A DNA stretch of 36,702 nucleotides from a virus (IMGVR_UViG_3300036770_003903:1-36702), one strand, 5' to 3'; shown: positions 15,985-25,785, numbered from the stretch's first letter. Translations and numbers: made by a program. The notes: generated from the letters alone by a model not told the origin.

Positions 15985-16356
15985 ATGTGGGTATTTACTC
16001 GCTCAGGATTGCTGAGCATTGTTGAACATATACCAAACCCAAGGTATCTGCAGGTCCGGGCAAGACAGTCGCACCACATTACCGATAATTTTCCAGGTAC
16101 CGTGCCGCTGTACACGCCAAACGCCGACTATCATTGGCGAGTCGTTTTACTTCGCGACGACGTGGCCGAGCAACTCGATAGGCTAGTCATGGACATTGAC
16201 TATCCGAACTTTAAAGACGCAGCAAATGCCGAATTAGACGACATCTACCTACGCATTTGGGCAACGGGTACTTTACTTGGAGAAACCAAATATGCGCGAA
16301 TCACAACTGTGGGCCTTAATCAAAGTGAATCTTCCTGGACACACGACCAGGATTGA
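15985..16356 (+). CDS. Conserved hypothetical protein
   Basis: MWVFT..G..SIV...VRAR...DY.WR...IDYPNFK pattern; AAGGAG RBS. Confidence 0.75.
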   Translation: MWVFTRSGLLSIVEHIPNPRYLQVRARQSHHITDNFPGTVPLYTPNADYHWRVVLLRDDVAEQLDRLVMDIDYPNFKDAANAELDDIYLRIWATGTLLGETKYARITTVGLNQSESSWTHDQD

Positions 16357-16714
16357 AAACTCCGCAGGTGCTGGTCAGCCAGACGTTAACTGCTGCTACC
16401 AAGGATCAGAAGCTTGGGTTGAATTAAAAATGGCCAAGGGAAACTATTGGCATTTTCGCCGCAGTCAACTTGCGTGGGCAGCTCAGCGCTGCTCACAAGG
16501 AGGACGAGCCCTAGTTCTTGGTCGAGCAGGGGACACGCTTTACTTATTTCCGATGCAAGTACTTGTAGACCTGCACGACGTTTTTGAACCAGCGGGAACA
16601 GAGCTGCGCATCAAGATTGCCGCAATAAAAACGGCTAAGAAATTTCCCAAGCCGTTTAATTGGTGTGAAATCATCCGCGCTATTTATTTTGAAAATGAAA
16701 GTTATTGGCAATAA
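16292..16714 (+). CDS. PD-(D/E)xK nuclease (VRR-NUC / Holliday junction resolvase-like)
   Basis: Motifs MRESQLW, RIEN...G.PD and WVELK...Q.AW. Confidence 0.75.
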   Translation: MRESQLWALIKVNLPGHTTRIENSAGAGQPDVNCCYQGSEAWVELKMAKGNYWHFRRSQLAWAAQRCSQGGRALVLGRAGDTLYLFPMQVLVDLHDVFEPAGTELRIKIAAIKTAKKFPKPFNWCEIIRAIYFENESYWQ

Positions 16715-16725
16715 CATGATACGAT
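16701..16725 (+). promoter_or_regulatory. Palindrome plus extended -10 upstream of the replication genes
   Basis: GTTATTG-G-CAATAAC (16701-16715), followed by TGA-TACGAT. Confidence 0.45.
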
Positions 16726-16747
16726 CAACACCAAGAAAGGAGAAATC

Positions 16748-17068
16748 ATGACCGTGTACGTGGTTCAAGAACCGCGAGGAATCAACCTAATGCCTGCCGA
16801 GCAGTATGGCGAGCTTAAAGTCTTGTTGCCGCCTGGCAACGTAGCTTACTCGACCGGACCCACGGTTAGCAGACTGAAACGAGGACTTGCAACATTCACT
16901 GACCAGGATTACTTATTGATGGTTGGAGATCCTTCAGCCATCGCCGTCGCAGGAGCAGTTGCTGCATCGATCAACCATGGTCGCATGAAGCTACTTAAAT
17001 GGGACAGGCAAGAGATGAGATACTACGTGGTTGAATTTGACATCATGAGGAGAAGCGATGACTACTGA
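16748..17068 (+). CDS. Conserved hypothetical protein
   Basis: 106 aa, VYVVQE...A..YGEL...DYLL.VGDP...LLKWDR; AGAAAGGAG RBS. Confidence 0.75.
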   Translation: MTVYVVQEPRGINLMPAEQYGELKVLLPPGNVAYSTGPTVSRLKRGLATFTDQDYLLMVGDPSAIAVAGAVAASINHGRMKLLKWDRQEMRYYVVEFDIMRRSDDY

Positions 17069-17585
17069 CGTAACCCCAGGCGACGACAGCCTTAAAGTCG
17101 TAGCAGAACTGGCTAACCGCCAACTGCAACTTGAGAAAGAGATCGAAGATCTTGAGACTCAGCTCAAAGAAAAGAATGAAGCATTGCAGCAGGTGCAGGA
17201 AAAAGACTTGCCTGAAGCAATGACTGAATGCGGCATTAGCGAATTCAAGCTTGTTGATGGCAGCAAGGTAACGGTCAAGCCGTACTATCAAGCCAGTCCA
17301 CCCAAAGAGCGCTATGAAGAAGCAATGCAGTGGCTACGTGACAATGGTCATGGAGACTTGATCAAGAATGACGTGACAGTTTCTTTTGGCAAAGGTGAAG
17401 ATGAGCGTGCTGTAGACTTCAAGACCTTCTTGAAAGACAATGGTACTTCATACACCGACAAGACCGGAGTTCATGCTATGACGTTCAAAGCGTTTGTGCG
17501 TGAACAGGTAGAGACAGGAAAGAACTTGCCCTTCGACCTGTTAGGCGTTTACATTGGGCAAAAAGCATCCATCAAGAAAGGATAA
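17058..17585 (+). CDS. Conserved replication-module protein (coiled-coil N-terminus)
   Basis: 175 aa with LPEAM...G, WLRDNGHGDLIKN and VH..T.KAFVRE. Confidence 0.75.
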   Translation: MTTDVTPGDDSLKVVAELANRQLQLEKEIEDLETQLKEKNEALQQVQEKDLPEAMTECGISEFKLVDGSKVTVKPYYQASPPKERYEEAMQWLRDNGHGDLIKNDVTVSFGKGEDERAVDFKTFLKDNGTSYTDKTGVHAMTFKAFVREQVETGKNLPFDLLGVYIGQKASIKKG

Positions 17586-17590
17586 CTGAA

Positions 17591-18340
17591 ATGGCAAAAA
17601 ACGAAGTAGCTGAGAAGAAGCAGGGTGGCGCCCTCGCAGTGATTGACTTTGCAGCAGACGCTGGCATGGGCATGGAGAATATGACTAGCCAAGATATGGC
17701 TATTCCATTCTTCAACATCTTGCAGAAATTGTCGCCTCAACTCGACACTCTGCCGGACGCTAAGGCTGGTATGATTTTTAACACAGTCACTGAAGAAGTG
17801 TTCAAGGATATTGTCGTGATTCCTTGTGCGTATAAGCGTGAGTTTGTTGAGTGGCGTCCTCGTGAACAGGGCGGCGGTTTGGTAGGTCAGCATCAAGTTA
17901 CGTCCTCTGTCGTAACCGAAGCTAAGTCAGTCAATGGTAAGCTAACCACTTCTGCTGGCAACATCTTGGTCGAAACTGCGTATCACTTCGTGATCCGTGT
18001 TGAGCTTGACACCGGAGTTATGGAGCCAGGTCTGATTACCATGAGCAGCACTCAGTTGAAGAAGAATCGCCGTTGGAATAGCTTAATGAACAACCTCAAG
18101 GTTCAAGGCCCTAACGGTATGGTAACTCCTGCACGCTTTAGTCACATGTACAAGCTTGGTTCTGTTGCAGAACAGAACGACAAAGGCGCATGGTCAGGCT
18201 GGACTATCGATATGGTAGGTCCTGTCACTGAACCAGGCCTTTATCAAGCAGCACGAGACTTTGCCCAGCAGGTCATGGCAGGTGCAGTGAAGACTGCAGC
18301 ACCTGAAGCAGACCATACCGACGGACCAGCGCCATTTTAA
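17591..18340 (+). CDS. Putative ssDNA-binding protein
   Basis: 249 aa with IPF..ILQ.LSPQ and M.STQLKK.RRWN; SSB-like acidic/PF tail (DGPAPF); upstream of the primase. Confidence 0.6.
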   Translation: MAKNEVAEKKQGGALAVIDFAADAGMGMENMTSQDMAIPFFNILQKLSPQLDTLPDAKAGMIFNTVTEEVFKDIVVIPCAYKREFVEWRPREQGGGLVGQHQVTSSVVTEAKSVNGKLTTSAGNILVETAYHFVIRVELDTGVMEPGLITMSSTQLKKNRRWNSLMNNLKVQGPNGMVTPARFSHMYKLGSVAEQNDKGAWSGWTIDMVGPVTEPGLYQAARDFAQQVMAGAVKTAAPEADHTDGPAPF

Positions 18341-18347
18341 TTGAGGG

Positions 18348-18378
18348 GCCCGGGGTTCGCAGCCCCGGGTTTTTATTG
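18348..18378 (+). terminator. Rho-independent terminator
   Basis: GCCCGGGG-TTCGCAG-CCCCGGGT-TTTTATT just after the stop at 18340. Confidence 0.75.
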
Positions 18379-18379
18379 C

Positions 18380-19867
18380 ATGCTAGTAGAAAATTTCATG
18401 GAGATTTTCGAGGGCTTGCCAAGAGCTCATGGTACCTATGTCATCAAAGGTAGTCGGCAAGACAACAAGTTGACAGGTAAGGCCACGACTATTCGTGAGC
18501 CGGTTACCAAAGAGTTATGGCAACAGCACCTCGAAGGTAAACAAGGGCTTGGCGTTATTCCTATTAACGACGAGTCCATGTGTAAGTTTGGTGCTATCGA
18601 CATCGATACTTATGATGGCAGCATTGACTTGCCTAAGATCAATGCGGCTATTCAGGAACTGAAGGTCCCTTTGTTTCCTTGCGCCAGTAAGTCTGGCGGG
18701 ATCCACCTATACCTATTCACTAGTGAGTGGGTTGAGGCTGGTCTTATTCAGCAAAAACTTAAAGACCTTGCTGCCTATATGGGATATGGCGGCTGCGAGA
18801 TTTTCCCCAAGCAAACCAAGATCCTTGCAGACCGCGGCGACATTGGTCAATGGATCAACATGCCTTACTTCGGCGATACTCGTTGGTGCCAAGGCATGAA
18901 CCATGAAGCGTTCATTGAACGAGTCATGGCCAATCGTTTTACTGCAAAGCAGTTAGAAGATTTGAACATCAAGGTCAAGTCAGACTTTGAAGACGGTCCT
19001 CCATGCTTGCAGCATCTGGCAACCAAAGGTTTTCCTCAAGGTACCAGGAACAACGGCTTGTTTAACATCGCCGTGTATTGTCGTAAGAAGAGCCCTGATT
19101 CGTGGGAATCAGATCTCGAAGGGTTTAACGTACAACTAATGGATCCACCATTAGCATCATCGGAGGTTCAAGGTGTTATCAAGTCGGCAAAGAGAAAAGA
19201 TTACCAATACACTTGTAGTAAGCCTCCTATCGCTCCTTACTGCAATGCTGCTGTTTGTAAGCTGCGCAAGTTTGGGATTGGTCCTAGTAGCGATATGCCT
19301 GCTGTTCACAGCCTCACAAAGTTTGACACTAACCCTCCCATTTGGTTCTTGGATATTGACGGTGGTGGTCGGCTGGAATTAGAGACCGACGATCTACACA
19401 ACCAACGTCGTTTCCAGCGCAAGTGTATGGAGCGGTTGAATGTGCTGCCAGCCAAGATGAATGACATTGCTTGGACCAAGCTCATCAATCACTTGCTTGA
19501 GAACCTGACAGTCATTGAAGCACCACCAGATGCTTCTCCTGTCGGCCAGCTGTTTGAGCACATCGAACGGTTCTGTAATGGACGAGTCCAGGCCAAGACT
19601 AAAGATGAATTGCTGCTTGGCAAACCTTGGACAGATGAAGGTCGTCACTATTTCAGGATGGCAGACTTGATGGCTTACCTTGATAGGCAGCACTTCAAGG
19701 AATACAAGGTCCACCAAGTAACTTCAATCTTGCGAGAGAACGGAGCTGAACACCACTTCTTTAACATCAAGGGCAAAGGCACAAACTTGTGGGCAGTCCA
19801 AGAGTTTGAGAAGCACGATGGCAGTTTCGATACTCCTGATGTTGGCGAAACAGGAGACGTGTTTTGA
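18380..19867 (+). CDS. AEP-type primase / primase-polymerase with PriCT-like domain
   Basis: Motifs FGAIDID, SKSGGIHLYLF, INMPY and GPPCLQ...G.RNNGLF. Confidence 0.8.
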   Translation: MLVENFMEIFEGLPRAHGTYVIKGSRQDNKLTGKATTIREPVTKELWQQHLEGKQGLGVIPINDESMCKFGAIDIDTYDGSIDLPKINAAIQELKVPLFPCASKSGGIHLYLFTSEWVEAGLIQQKLKDLAAYMGYGGCEIFPKQTKILADRGDIGQWINMPYFGDTRWCQGMNHEAFIERVMANRFTAKQLEDLNIKVKSDFEDGPPCLQHLATKGFPQGTRNNGLFNIAVYCRKKSPDSWESDLEGFNVQLMDPPLASSEVQGVIKSAKRKDYQYTCSKPPIAPYCNAAVCKLRKFGIGPSSDMPAVHSLTKFDTNPPIWFLDIDGGGRLELETDDLHNQRRFQRKCMERLNVLPAKMNDIAWTKLINHLLENLTVIEAPPDASPVGQLFEHIERFCNGRVQAKTKDELLLGKPWTDEGRHYFRMADLMAYLDRQHFKEYKVHQVTSILRENGAEHHFFNIKGKGTNLWAVQEFEKHDGSFDTPDVGETGDVF

Positions 19868-21324
19868 CCTGGACAATCATCTATGGTCCACCAGGTACTG
19901 GCAAAACAACTGCTGGTATGCGGTTCATTGAAGAGCGTATTGAAAAGGGCATTGATCCTAGTCGCATTGGCTACATAGCTTTCACCAAGAAAGCAGCCAG
20001 TGAGGCTAGGAGTCGTGCTGCCCAGCGTTTTGGTTTCACCAAAGACGATATGCCGTACTTCAGGACCATCCATAGTTTAGCATTCAAACAGCTTGGCATG
20101 AAGCCTACAGCCATGATGCAGCGTCCTAACTATATAGAGCTGGGCGAGAAGCTAGGGATTGAGGTCAGTGGTTATTCAAACACGGAAGATGGTTTGCTGC
20201 AAGGTATGCCTTTGGGCGACCGGTATTTCTTCTTGGACAACCTAGCCAGGATTACTAGGCAGCCATTGAGAAAGATCTACGAAGAGTCTGGCGACGATCA
20301 GATTGACTGGTACGAACTGGACCGGGTTTCACGGACCTTGATGCAGTACAAGAAGGTTCATGGTCTACAGGACTTCACTGATTTGCTAGAAAACTGGCTG
20401 CAATCGGGAGCTGTACCAAAACTCGACGCAGTCTTTGTTGACGAAGCCCAGGACTTATCGGCTTTGCAATGGGACTTTGTTGAAAAACTAACAATGAACG
20501 TAAAGGATAGATATGTCGCAGGAGACGACGATCAAGCTATTTATAGATGGGCAGGGGCTGACGTCGACAGGCTCATCAATCTGGAAGGACATCGAATCGT
20601 ACTTGACCAGTCCTACCGTGTGCCAAGACAAGTGCATTCACTGGCGAATTCGATCACTCAGCGTATCCAGAAGCGCGTACCCAAGAAGTTCAAACCAGCT
20701 GAACATCAAGGCAGTGTTAATTGGCACTTTGATCCGCACGACATTGACCTAAGTAAAGGCCAGTGGTTGCTGCTAGCGCGAAACAGTTACCTGCTCAAGC
20801 AGTTTGAAGACATCTGTCTAACAGAGGGGTATCCGTTCGAAAGTATGAAAAGGTCTCCCCTCGAGAGCGAAAGTCTCAAGGCCATAATAGCATGGACTAG
20901 GCTTTGTCGCGGTGAACAGATCGATGGAGACGCACTAAGATTAGTCTATCGGTTCATGGGTATTAGAAAGAGAACCGATAAAGAAAGAAAATACACGCTT
21001 CAAAACCTGAACCTTGAACCAGGGATCTGGCACGAAAGGCTCACTCGAATTCCTGCTGCCGAACGTGAGTTCTATCTCGCAGCTCGTCGACAGGGTGAGA
21101 CCTTAACCGGAGAACCAAGGATCAAGATCAACACCATTCATGGCGTAAAGGGTGGTGAAGCGGACAACGTGCTGCTGCTAACTGACATGGCTTCAAGGTC
21201 GCATAAGTATATGCAGCAGTGGCCAGATGACGAAGCTCGGGTGTTTTACGTTGGAGTCACTCGAACTAAGCAAAACTTACACCTTGTACAACCGCAAACC
21301 AGCTTGTTTTACGAGATCGGATAA
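19864..21324 (+). CDS. UvrD/Rep-like SF1 helicase
   Basis: Motifs GPPGTGKT, VDEAQD, GDDDQAIY, QSYRVP, TIHGVKGGE and YVGVTR. Confidence 0.92.
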   Translation: MTWTIIYGPPGTGKTTAGMRFIEERIEKGIDPSRIGYIAFTKKAASEARSRAAQRFGFTKDDMPYFRTIHSLAFKQLGMKPTAMMQRPNYIELGEKLGIEVSGYSNTEDGLLQGMPLGDRYFFLDNLARITRQPLRKIYEESGDDQIDWYELDRVSRTLMQYKKVHGLQDFTDLLENWLQSGAVPKLDAVFVDEAQDLSALQWDFVEKLTMNVKDRYVAGDDDQAIYRWAGADVDRLINLEGHRIVLDQSYRVPRQVHSLANSITQRIQKRVPKKFKPAEHQGSVNWHFDPHDIDLSKGQWLLLARNSYLLKQFEDICLTEGYPFESMKRSPLESESLKAIIAWTRLCRGEQIDGDALRLVYRFMGIRKRTDKERKYTLQNLNLEPGIWHERLTRIPAAEREFYLAARRQGETLTGEPRIKINTIHGVKGGEADNVLLLTDMASRSHKYMQQWPDDEARVFYVGVTRTKQNLHLVQPQTSLFYEIG

Positions 21325-21354
21325 CTAGGAATCACCGAGAGAACGGGAAAAATC

Positions 21355-22803
21355 ATGGACCATAGTAACACTTATCCCTTTAAGACGCAGCCCTATGCTC
21401 ATCAGAGAGAAGCCTGGGCCATGTCCAACAAGAAAGACGAATTCGCTCTGTTCATGGAGATGGGAACCGGCAAAACTAAGGTAGCGATCGATACCTTAGC
21501 CTATCTGTACGACACCGGTCGGATTACTGCCGCATTAGTTGTGGCGCCCAAGGGTGTTTATATGAACTGGGTAACCAAGGAAATACCCACTCACTTGCCA
21601 GATCATATTGTTTGCCGCATAGCTAGCTGGCATCCTAATCCCAGGAAGGCAGAACAAGAGCAGCTTGACCTAATCATGAAGCCATCAGACGATTTCAGAA
21701 TCCTGGTCATGAACGTTGAAGCCTTTTCCACGGACCGTGGCACTAAGTTTGCTAGCCTTTTTCTAGACGTGGCCGGTCGTAGCTGCATGATTGTTGACGA
21801 ATCAACTACGATCAAGAACATCTCGGCTCAGCGAACTAAAAACGTGATCAAGGTAGGAACCAAGGCAGCTTACCGTAGGATCTTGACAGGCGAACCAGTG
21901 ACCCGTAGTCCACTGGACATCTACAGTCAAGCCCAGTTCCTGAACCCGCATCTGCTAGGTTTCAGTAGCTACTACACTTTTCGGAATCGATACGCTGTTA
22001 TGGTCGACATCAAGGCCGGAACCAGAAGCTTTAAAAAGATCGTGGGCTACAACCGGCTCGACGAACTCACAAACAGTCTCAAAAGCTTTTCGTTCAGGGT
22101 TAAGAAAAGCGATTGTCTTGACTTGCCCCCGAAGGTCTATCAGTACCGCTTTGTCGAGCTGACCAAAGAACAGGAGAAGCTTTACAACCAGGTCAAGGAG
22201 ACGGCGATCGCGTTCCTCGAAGGCAAAGCGCTCACGGTCGATAACGTCTTGACTGAGATTCTCAGGCTGCATCAAATTACCTGTGGCCATTTCAAGAGTG
22301 ACGACGGTTCAGTAGTAGAGGTGCCAAGCAATCGCCTGTCCGAACTTATGGACTTGCTTGAAGAAGCGTCTGACAAGGTTATCATCTGGGCTACCTATGT
22401 TGCTGACATCGAACGCATTGTAAAAAAGCTCAGCGACGTCTATGGACCAGAGTCCGTAGTTAGTTACTATGGCGCCACGTCAACTGACGACAGAACCGAT
22501 GCTGTTAAGCGTTTCCAAGAGGACAAGGGCACGCGGTTCTTTGTGGGCAATCCGTCCACTGGCGGTATGGGCATCACGCTTACTGCTGCAGATACCGTGG
22601 TCTATTACTCGAACAGTTACAACCTTGAACACCGAATCCAGTCTGAAGATCGTGCCCACCGTATTGGGCAGACCAAGTCAGTGAACTACGTAGACTTAGT
22701 CGTACCCAAAACGATTGACGAGAAGATCATCAAAGCACTGAGAGCAAAGAAGAACATTGCCGCACAAGTGCTTGGTGAAGACCTTACTTCCTGGCTTTCT
22801 TAA
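21355..22803 (+). CDS. SNF2-type SF2 helicase
   Basis: Motifs MEMGTGKT, VDES, LTGEP and QSEDRAHRIGQ. Confidence 0.92.
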   Translation: MDHSNTYPFKTQPYAHQREAWAMSNKKDEFALFMEMGTGKTKVAIDTLAYLYDTGRITAALVVAPKGVYMNWVTKEIPTHLPDHIVCRIASWHPNPRKAEQEQLDLIMKPSDDFRILVMNVEAFSTDRGTKFASLFLDVAGRSCMIVDESTTIKNISAQRTKNVIKVGTKAAYRRILTGEPVTRSPLDIYSQAQFLNPHLLGFSSYYTFRNRYAVMVDIKAGTRSFKKIVGYNRLDELTNSLKSFSFRVKKSDCLDLPPKVYQYRFVELTKEQEKLYNQVKETAIAFLEGKALTVDNVLTEILRLHQITCGHFKSDDGSVVEVPSNRLSELMDLLEEASDKVIIWATYVADIERIVKKLSDVYGPESVVSYYGATSTDDRTDAVKRFQEDKGTRFFVGNPSTGGMGITLTAADTVVYYSNSYNLEHRIQSEDRAHRIGQTKSVNYVDLVVPKTIDEKIIKALRAKKNIAAQVLGEDLTSWLS

Positions 22804-23264
22804 GCAACCAGACCGGGCAAGTAAACCGTCTTGCCGTTCTGTTTAGTAGCGGTCAAGGCTTGCTTCTTCAAGTTGCTTGGATCGTAGCTTACGTGGACCC
22901 AGCCAGAATCAGGGATGCCGGGAGTATAGAACTCTAGGATGCACTGAGTAAAAAGCAAGTTGTCCACGATCCATTGAGCTAGGTCTGCATTTGGTACGCC
23001 AGGGATTTCAATGTCTGCGGCCATACCTTTGCAGTGGTCGCTTGTCTTGCTGCCGCCAACCTTGGCATTGACTTCAGGGTGGCGAAAGCCAGAGTTAACC
23101 TTGACGCCTTTGCCATAGTGGTCACGCACTGGCTGCAACACGTTCTGAGCCAGGGCCAGTAGGTTGTCTACCTCTGTTTGACCAGGAGTATTGTCCATGT
23201 CGTGGCGAAGAGCAGTCTCAGACTTGATTAGTTCTTCAAGAGTAAAGTTTGCGGTTAGATTCAT
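22800..23264 (-). CDS. Endolysin, peptidase M15A family
   Basis: Motifs NFTLEEL, SGFR...N..VGG...S.H..G.AADI and WVHVSY. Confidence 0.9.
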   Translation of the reverse strand: MNLTANFTLEELIKSETALRHDMDNTPGQTEVDNLLALAQNVLQPVRDHYGKGVKVNSGFRHPEVNAKVGGSKTSDHCKGMAADIEIPGVPNADLAQWIVDNLLFTQCILEFYTPGIPDSGWVHVSYDPSNLKKQALTATKQNGKTVYLPGLVA

Positions 23265-23758
23265 TTGATTAGTCCTTTAATTTTTTCGTCCTTCTCTTTG
23301 CTGCCAGAGCTAGAACCAAAATAGTACGACAACACTTGCGTTGCCGCACTGGTTAAGAAGCCAAGAGCAAAGATGATGATATTTTCCTGGCTTTCAGGGA
23401 AGTCTACAAAGAACACAAGGGCAGTCATGATCATCGCCCCAGCCACCGTGCCCAAGGCTAGCAGCGACGTGATGTTCTTAGTGATGAAGTGCGCATCAGA
23501 CTTGACCACTTCCATCTCGCGTTTGCGAGCAGAATCACGGTCCGCGTTCTGCAGTTCTAGTTCTTTAAGATCTAGTTCCTTAAGCTTGATGGCAGCATCT
23601 GGGTTTGCTTGCAGATGCTTAGTCACGGCTTCAACAGAATCCTCGACGCCGAACTGCTTGGCAATCATAGAAACCACAGCCCCACCGGCAGGACCGGTAA
23701 GAGCCGTAGCAACAGTAGGAGCTGCCGTCTTAACTAAGTCAATAAGGGTATCAAGCAT
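23261..23758 (-). CDS. Holin-like membrane protein
   Basis: APTVATAL.GP.GG, DRDSAR.RE, two TM helices and YYFGSS end; adjacent to the endolysin. Confidence 0.7.
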   Translation of the reverse strand: MLDTLIDLVKTAAPTVATALTGPAGGAVVSMIAKQFGVEDSVEAVTKHLQANPDAAIKLKELDLKELELQNADRDSARKREMEVVKSDAHFITKNITSLLALGTVAGAMIMTALVFFVDFPESQENIIIFALGFLTSAATQVLSYYFGSSSGSKEKDEKIKGLIK

Positions 23759-24047
23759 CTATTTTCTCCTGATCATCTGTAATTTTCTTGGCATACGCAG
23801 CAGCTGCCTTACGCCCAGAGATACCGCCAAGAGTACCAACGCCCATGAATGCAATTGCCTTTAAGATCTCAAGGAACACCGCGTCGATTGGAGCAAGAAC
23901 CGCGGACTGCTCTTCAAAAGCCACTGCATAGAGAATTCCAAAAGCAATCAGCATGACCATGATCGTGATTGATCGAACAACAAAAGCCCAAACGCGGACT
24001 TCGATCTCGTCAGGGGTTAGTCCTTCGTAACTGTGCTTGCCAATCAT
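23751..24047 (-). CDS. Small two-TM membrane protein (holin/antiholin candidate)
   Basis: 98 aa with two hydrophobic helices; GGAGG RBS. Confidence 0.6.
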   Translation of the reverse strand: MIGKHSYEGLTPDEIEVRVWAFVVRSITIMVMLIAFGILYAVAFEEQSAVLAPIDAVFLEILKAIAFMGVGTLGGISGRKAAAAYAKKITDDQEKIDA

Positions 24048-24048
24048 A

Positions 24049-24498
24049 TTACCTCCCTAGTGGATTAGTAGTTGCGCGTTTAAGCGAGTTCATCTCGTTC
24101 CTCAGTGCAGCTGAAGTAGATTCCATTTCCTGCTTGATGCCAAGCAATCTTGAGTTAGTTTCCCTGGACGTCGATTCAGCCAGGACTTTTGCTTCTGTAG
24201 CAACAACAGAAACCGTTGCAACTTTTTCTGTCAGCTTGTTCGTGCTATCGCTCAAGGTCAGAAATCGATCTTTGAACCCGTTGTTTTCAATTTCAAGCTT
24301 CTGCATCTTAGACAGGAGTTCCGTATCGTCATAGGGCTTGTAGCCCTCAACAGACTCAATCGCTGCCATAGCCCGATTGTAGAGGGTTACTCCATAGTAT
24401 CCCCCCGAACCTAGAGCGCTGATCGCCGCTAATAGCCCTGTGACCATCATCGTTGGCGATAAGGTCAAGGAAAAAGTCTTGCTGTCTTCTGTACTCAT
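24049..24498 (-). CDS. Membrane-anchored coiled-coil protein (i-spanin-like topology)
   Basis: N-terminal TM segment followed by about 100 aa of heptad-like helix ending TTNPLGR. Confidence 0.6.
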   Translation of the reverse strand: MSTEDSKTFSLTLSPTMMVTGLLAAISALGSGGYYGVTLYNRAMAAIESVEGYKPYDDTELLSKMQKLEIENNGFKDRFLTLSDSTNKLTEKVATVSVVATEAKVLAESTSRETNSRLLGIKQEMESTSAALRNEMNSLKRATTNPLGR

Positions 24499-25204
24499 CT
24501 GGAACCCCCATGCTCATGTCTAATCCAGGCGGTAAAATCTGCGGTTTTAATCCAGTAGAAATTACCCCCATAGTTTCAAGTCTTTGAACCAGCTTTAATC
24601 CTGTTCCAAGACCCTTAGGAGCGGCTGATTCCGTTTTTGGTTGTGGTGCTTCTGCTGCCAAAGTACTTTGCACTGGCGCAGACATTAGAGATTGTACAGC
24701 TTGTTGTTCGACAGGCGTAACTGTTTGCACTGGCAGAGTAGGCGCAGGCGGAGGAGCAATGACACTGACAGGACTGGCTGGGTTTACTGGGCTAGTGATG
24801 GCTGGTGGATTTGCCGTGCAAGTGTCCGAATATAGCTGCCAACCTTGAACGGTTATTCTGCCGTCAGTACAGGTAACGGTCTCTTGCTTGTACTTCTTTG
24901 TCCCAGAGTAGTTAGCCTGGCAGCTTTCTGTTTTCTCTACAAAAGTCGAAGAGCAAGTCACTGGTACAGGGGCAGGTGCTCTGTATCCAGAACAAAAGAG
25001 ACTTTGCCAGTTTGTGTCGTAAGCGCCCGGAGCGCAGGCCCAGCAATCGGCATTTGCTGTGCAGTACGACTGGCCTTGCTGGTTAGTTGTGTATGGAGTT
25101 GTGCAATAGCAGCTTTGAGCCCAAGCGTTATTCTGGCTTAGGAGCGCTAGGCAAAACAAAGCTATCGCCATACAGGCGCTTAAACCGCTTTGAATCTGTC
25201 TCAT
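24356..25204 (-). CDS. Exported Cys-rich protein (start uncertain: 25204 or 25171)
   Basis: Signal-peptide-like AIALFCLALLSQNNAWA, about 10 Cys in two clusters and a Pro-rich linker. Confidence 0.6.
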   Translation of the reverse strand: MRQIQSGLSACMAIALFCLALLSQNNAWAQSCYCTTPYTTNQQGQSYCTANADCWACAPGAYDTNWQSLFCSGYRAPAPVPVTCSSTFVEKTESCQANYSGTKKYKQETVTCTDGRITVQGWQLYSDTCTANPPAITSPVNPASPVSVIAPPPAPTLPVQTVTPVEQQAVQSLMSAPVQSTLAAEAPQPKTESAAPKGLGTGLKLVQRLETMGVISTGLKPQILPPGLDMSMGVPDEYRRQQDFFLDLIANDDGHRAISGDQRSRFGGILWSNPLQSGYGSD

Positions 25205-25592
25205 ACCAAGCCTTTCTCGCAGCATCACCAATTGATCCACCGATTGGGCATGGAGAACCGCTCATTTCCATTGCGTCCCAGACCCGTTCGTCTTGGCAAA
25301 GAATTGCCACAGCCGTAACTTTAAGGCCTAAGTCGTTAAGGACTTTTGACAGCTTGATTCGTTCGCAATTCTTGTCACTAATTACGCTGCCACCAGAAAA
25401 TCCAATGACAGTAGAAGACACGGCCCCTGAAACAGGGATCGCGCAGACGTCTTGAGAAAAAGCGCTCATACTAGGGGCAATCGCGCTAGGTACCGGTTGC
25501 CCTTTGTAGTTGATTGTTGTGTCTTGCGCCATCGCCACAGCGGCTAGTCCACCAAGTAAAAGACCTACGGCAAATAGCGCAAGACGTTTCAT
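25128..25592 (-). CDS. Exported Cys-containing conserved phage protein
   Basis: Signal peptide MKRLALF...AMA; SAIAP...DVC, NCERIKLSK, LCQD.RV and SPCPI. Confidence 0.7.
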   Translation of the reverse strand: MKRLALFAVGLLLGGLAAVAMAQDTTINYKGQPVPSAIAPSMSAFSQDVCAIPVSGAVSSTVIGFSGGSVISDKNCERIKLSKVLNDLGLKVTAVAILCQDERVWDAMEMSGSPCPIGGSIGDAARKAWYETDSKRFKRLYGDSFVLPSAPKPE

Positions 25593-25777
25593 AGCTTTAA
25601 CAGGGCCAAGATGACGCCAAAGGCGCTAATGATCAGGGTGCCGGCAGTGGCAATCAGGATATTCTCAATGCGTTTCAGTCTAGCGTTGCTAGACCGAAAC
25701 TGCAACTCAATATTCAGATACCGTTCTGCACAAACTTTCTCGTGTTCCGAGATTCTTGCTGCCATCAACTCGTCCAT
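25589..25777 (-). CDS. Small coiled-coil plus C-terminal TM protein (XhlA-like / lysis-associated)
   Basis: HE.VCAERY...RLKRIE followed by a hydrophobic tail. Confidence 0.65.
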   Translation of the reverse strand: MDELMAARISEHEKVCAERYLNIELQFRSSNARLKRIENILIATAGTLIISAFGVILALLKL

Positions 25778-25785
25778 GGTACACC

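Noticed and set aside
22800-22803. Convergent helicase and endolysin genes sharing a TTAA stop overlap without a terminator
   Set aside because: Common compaction at phage transcription convergence points.
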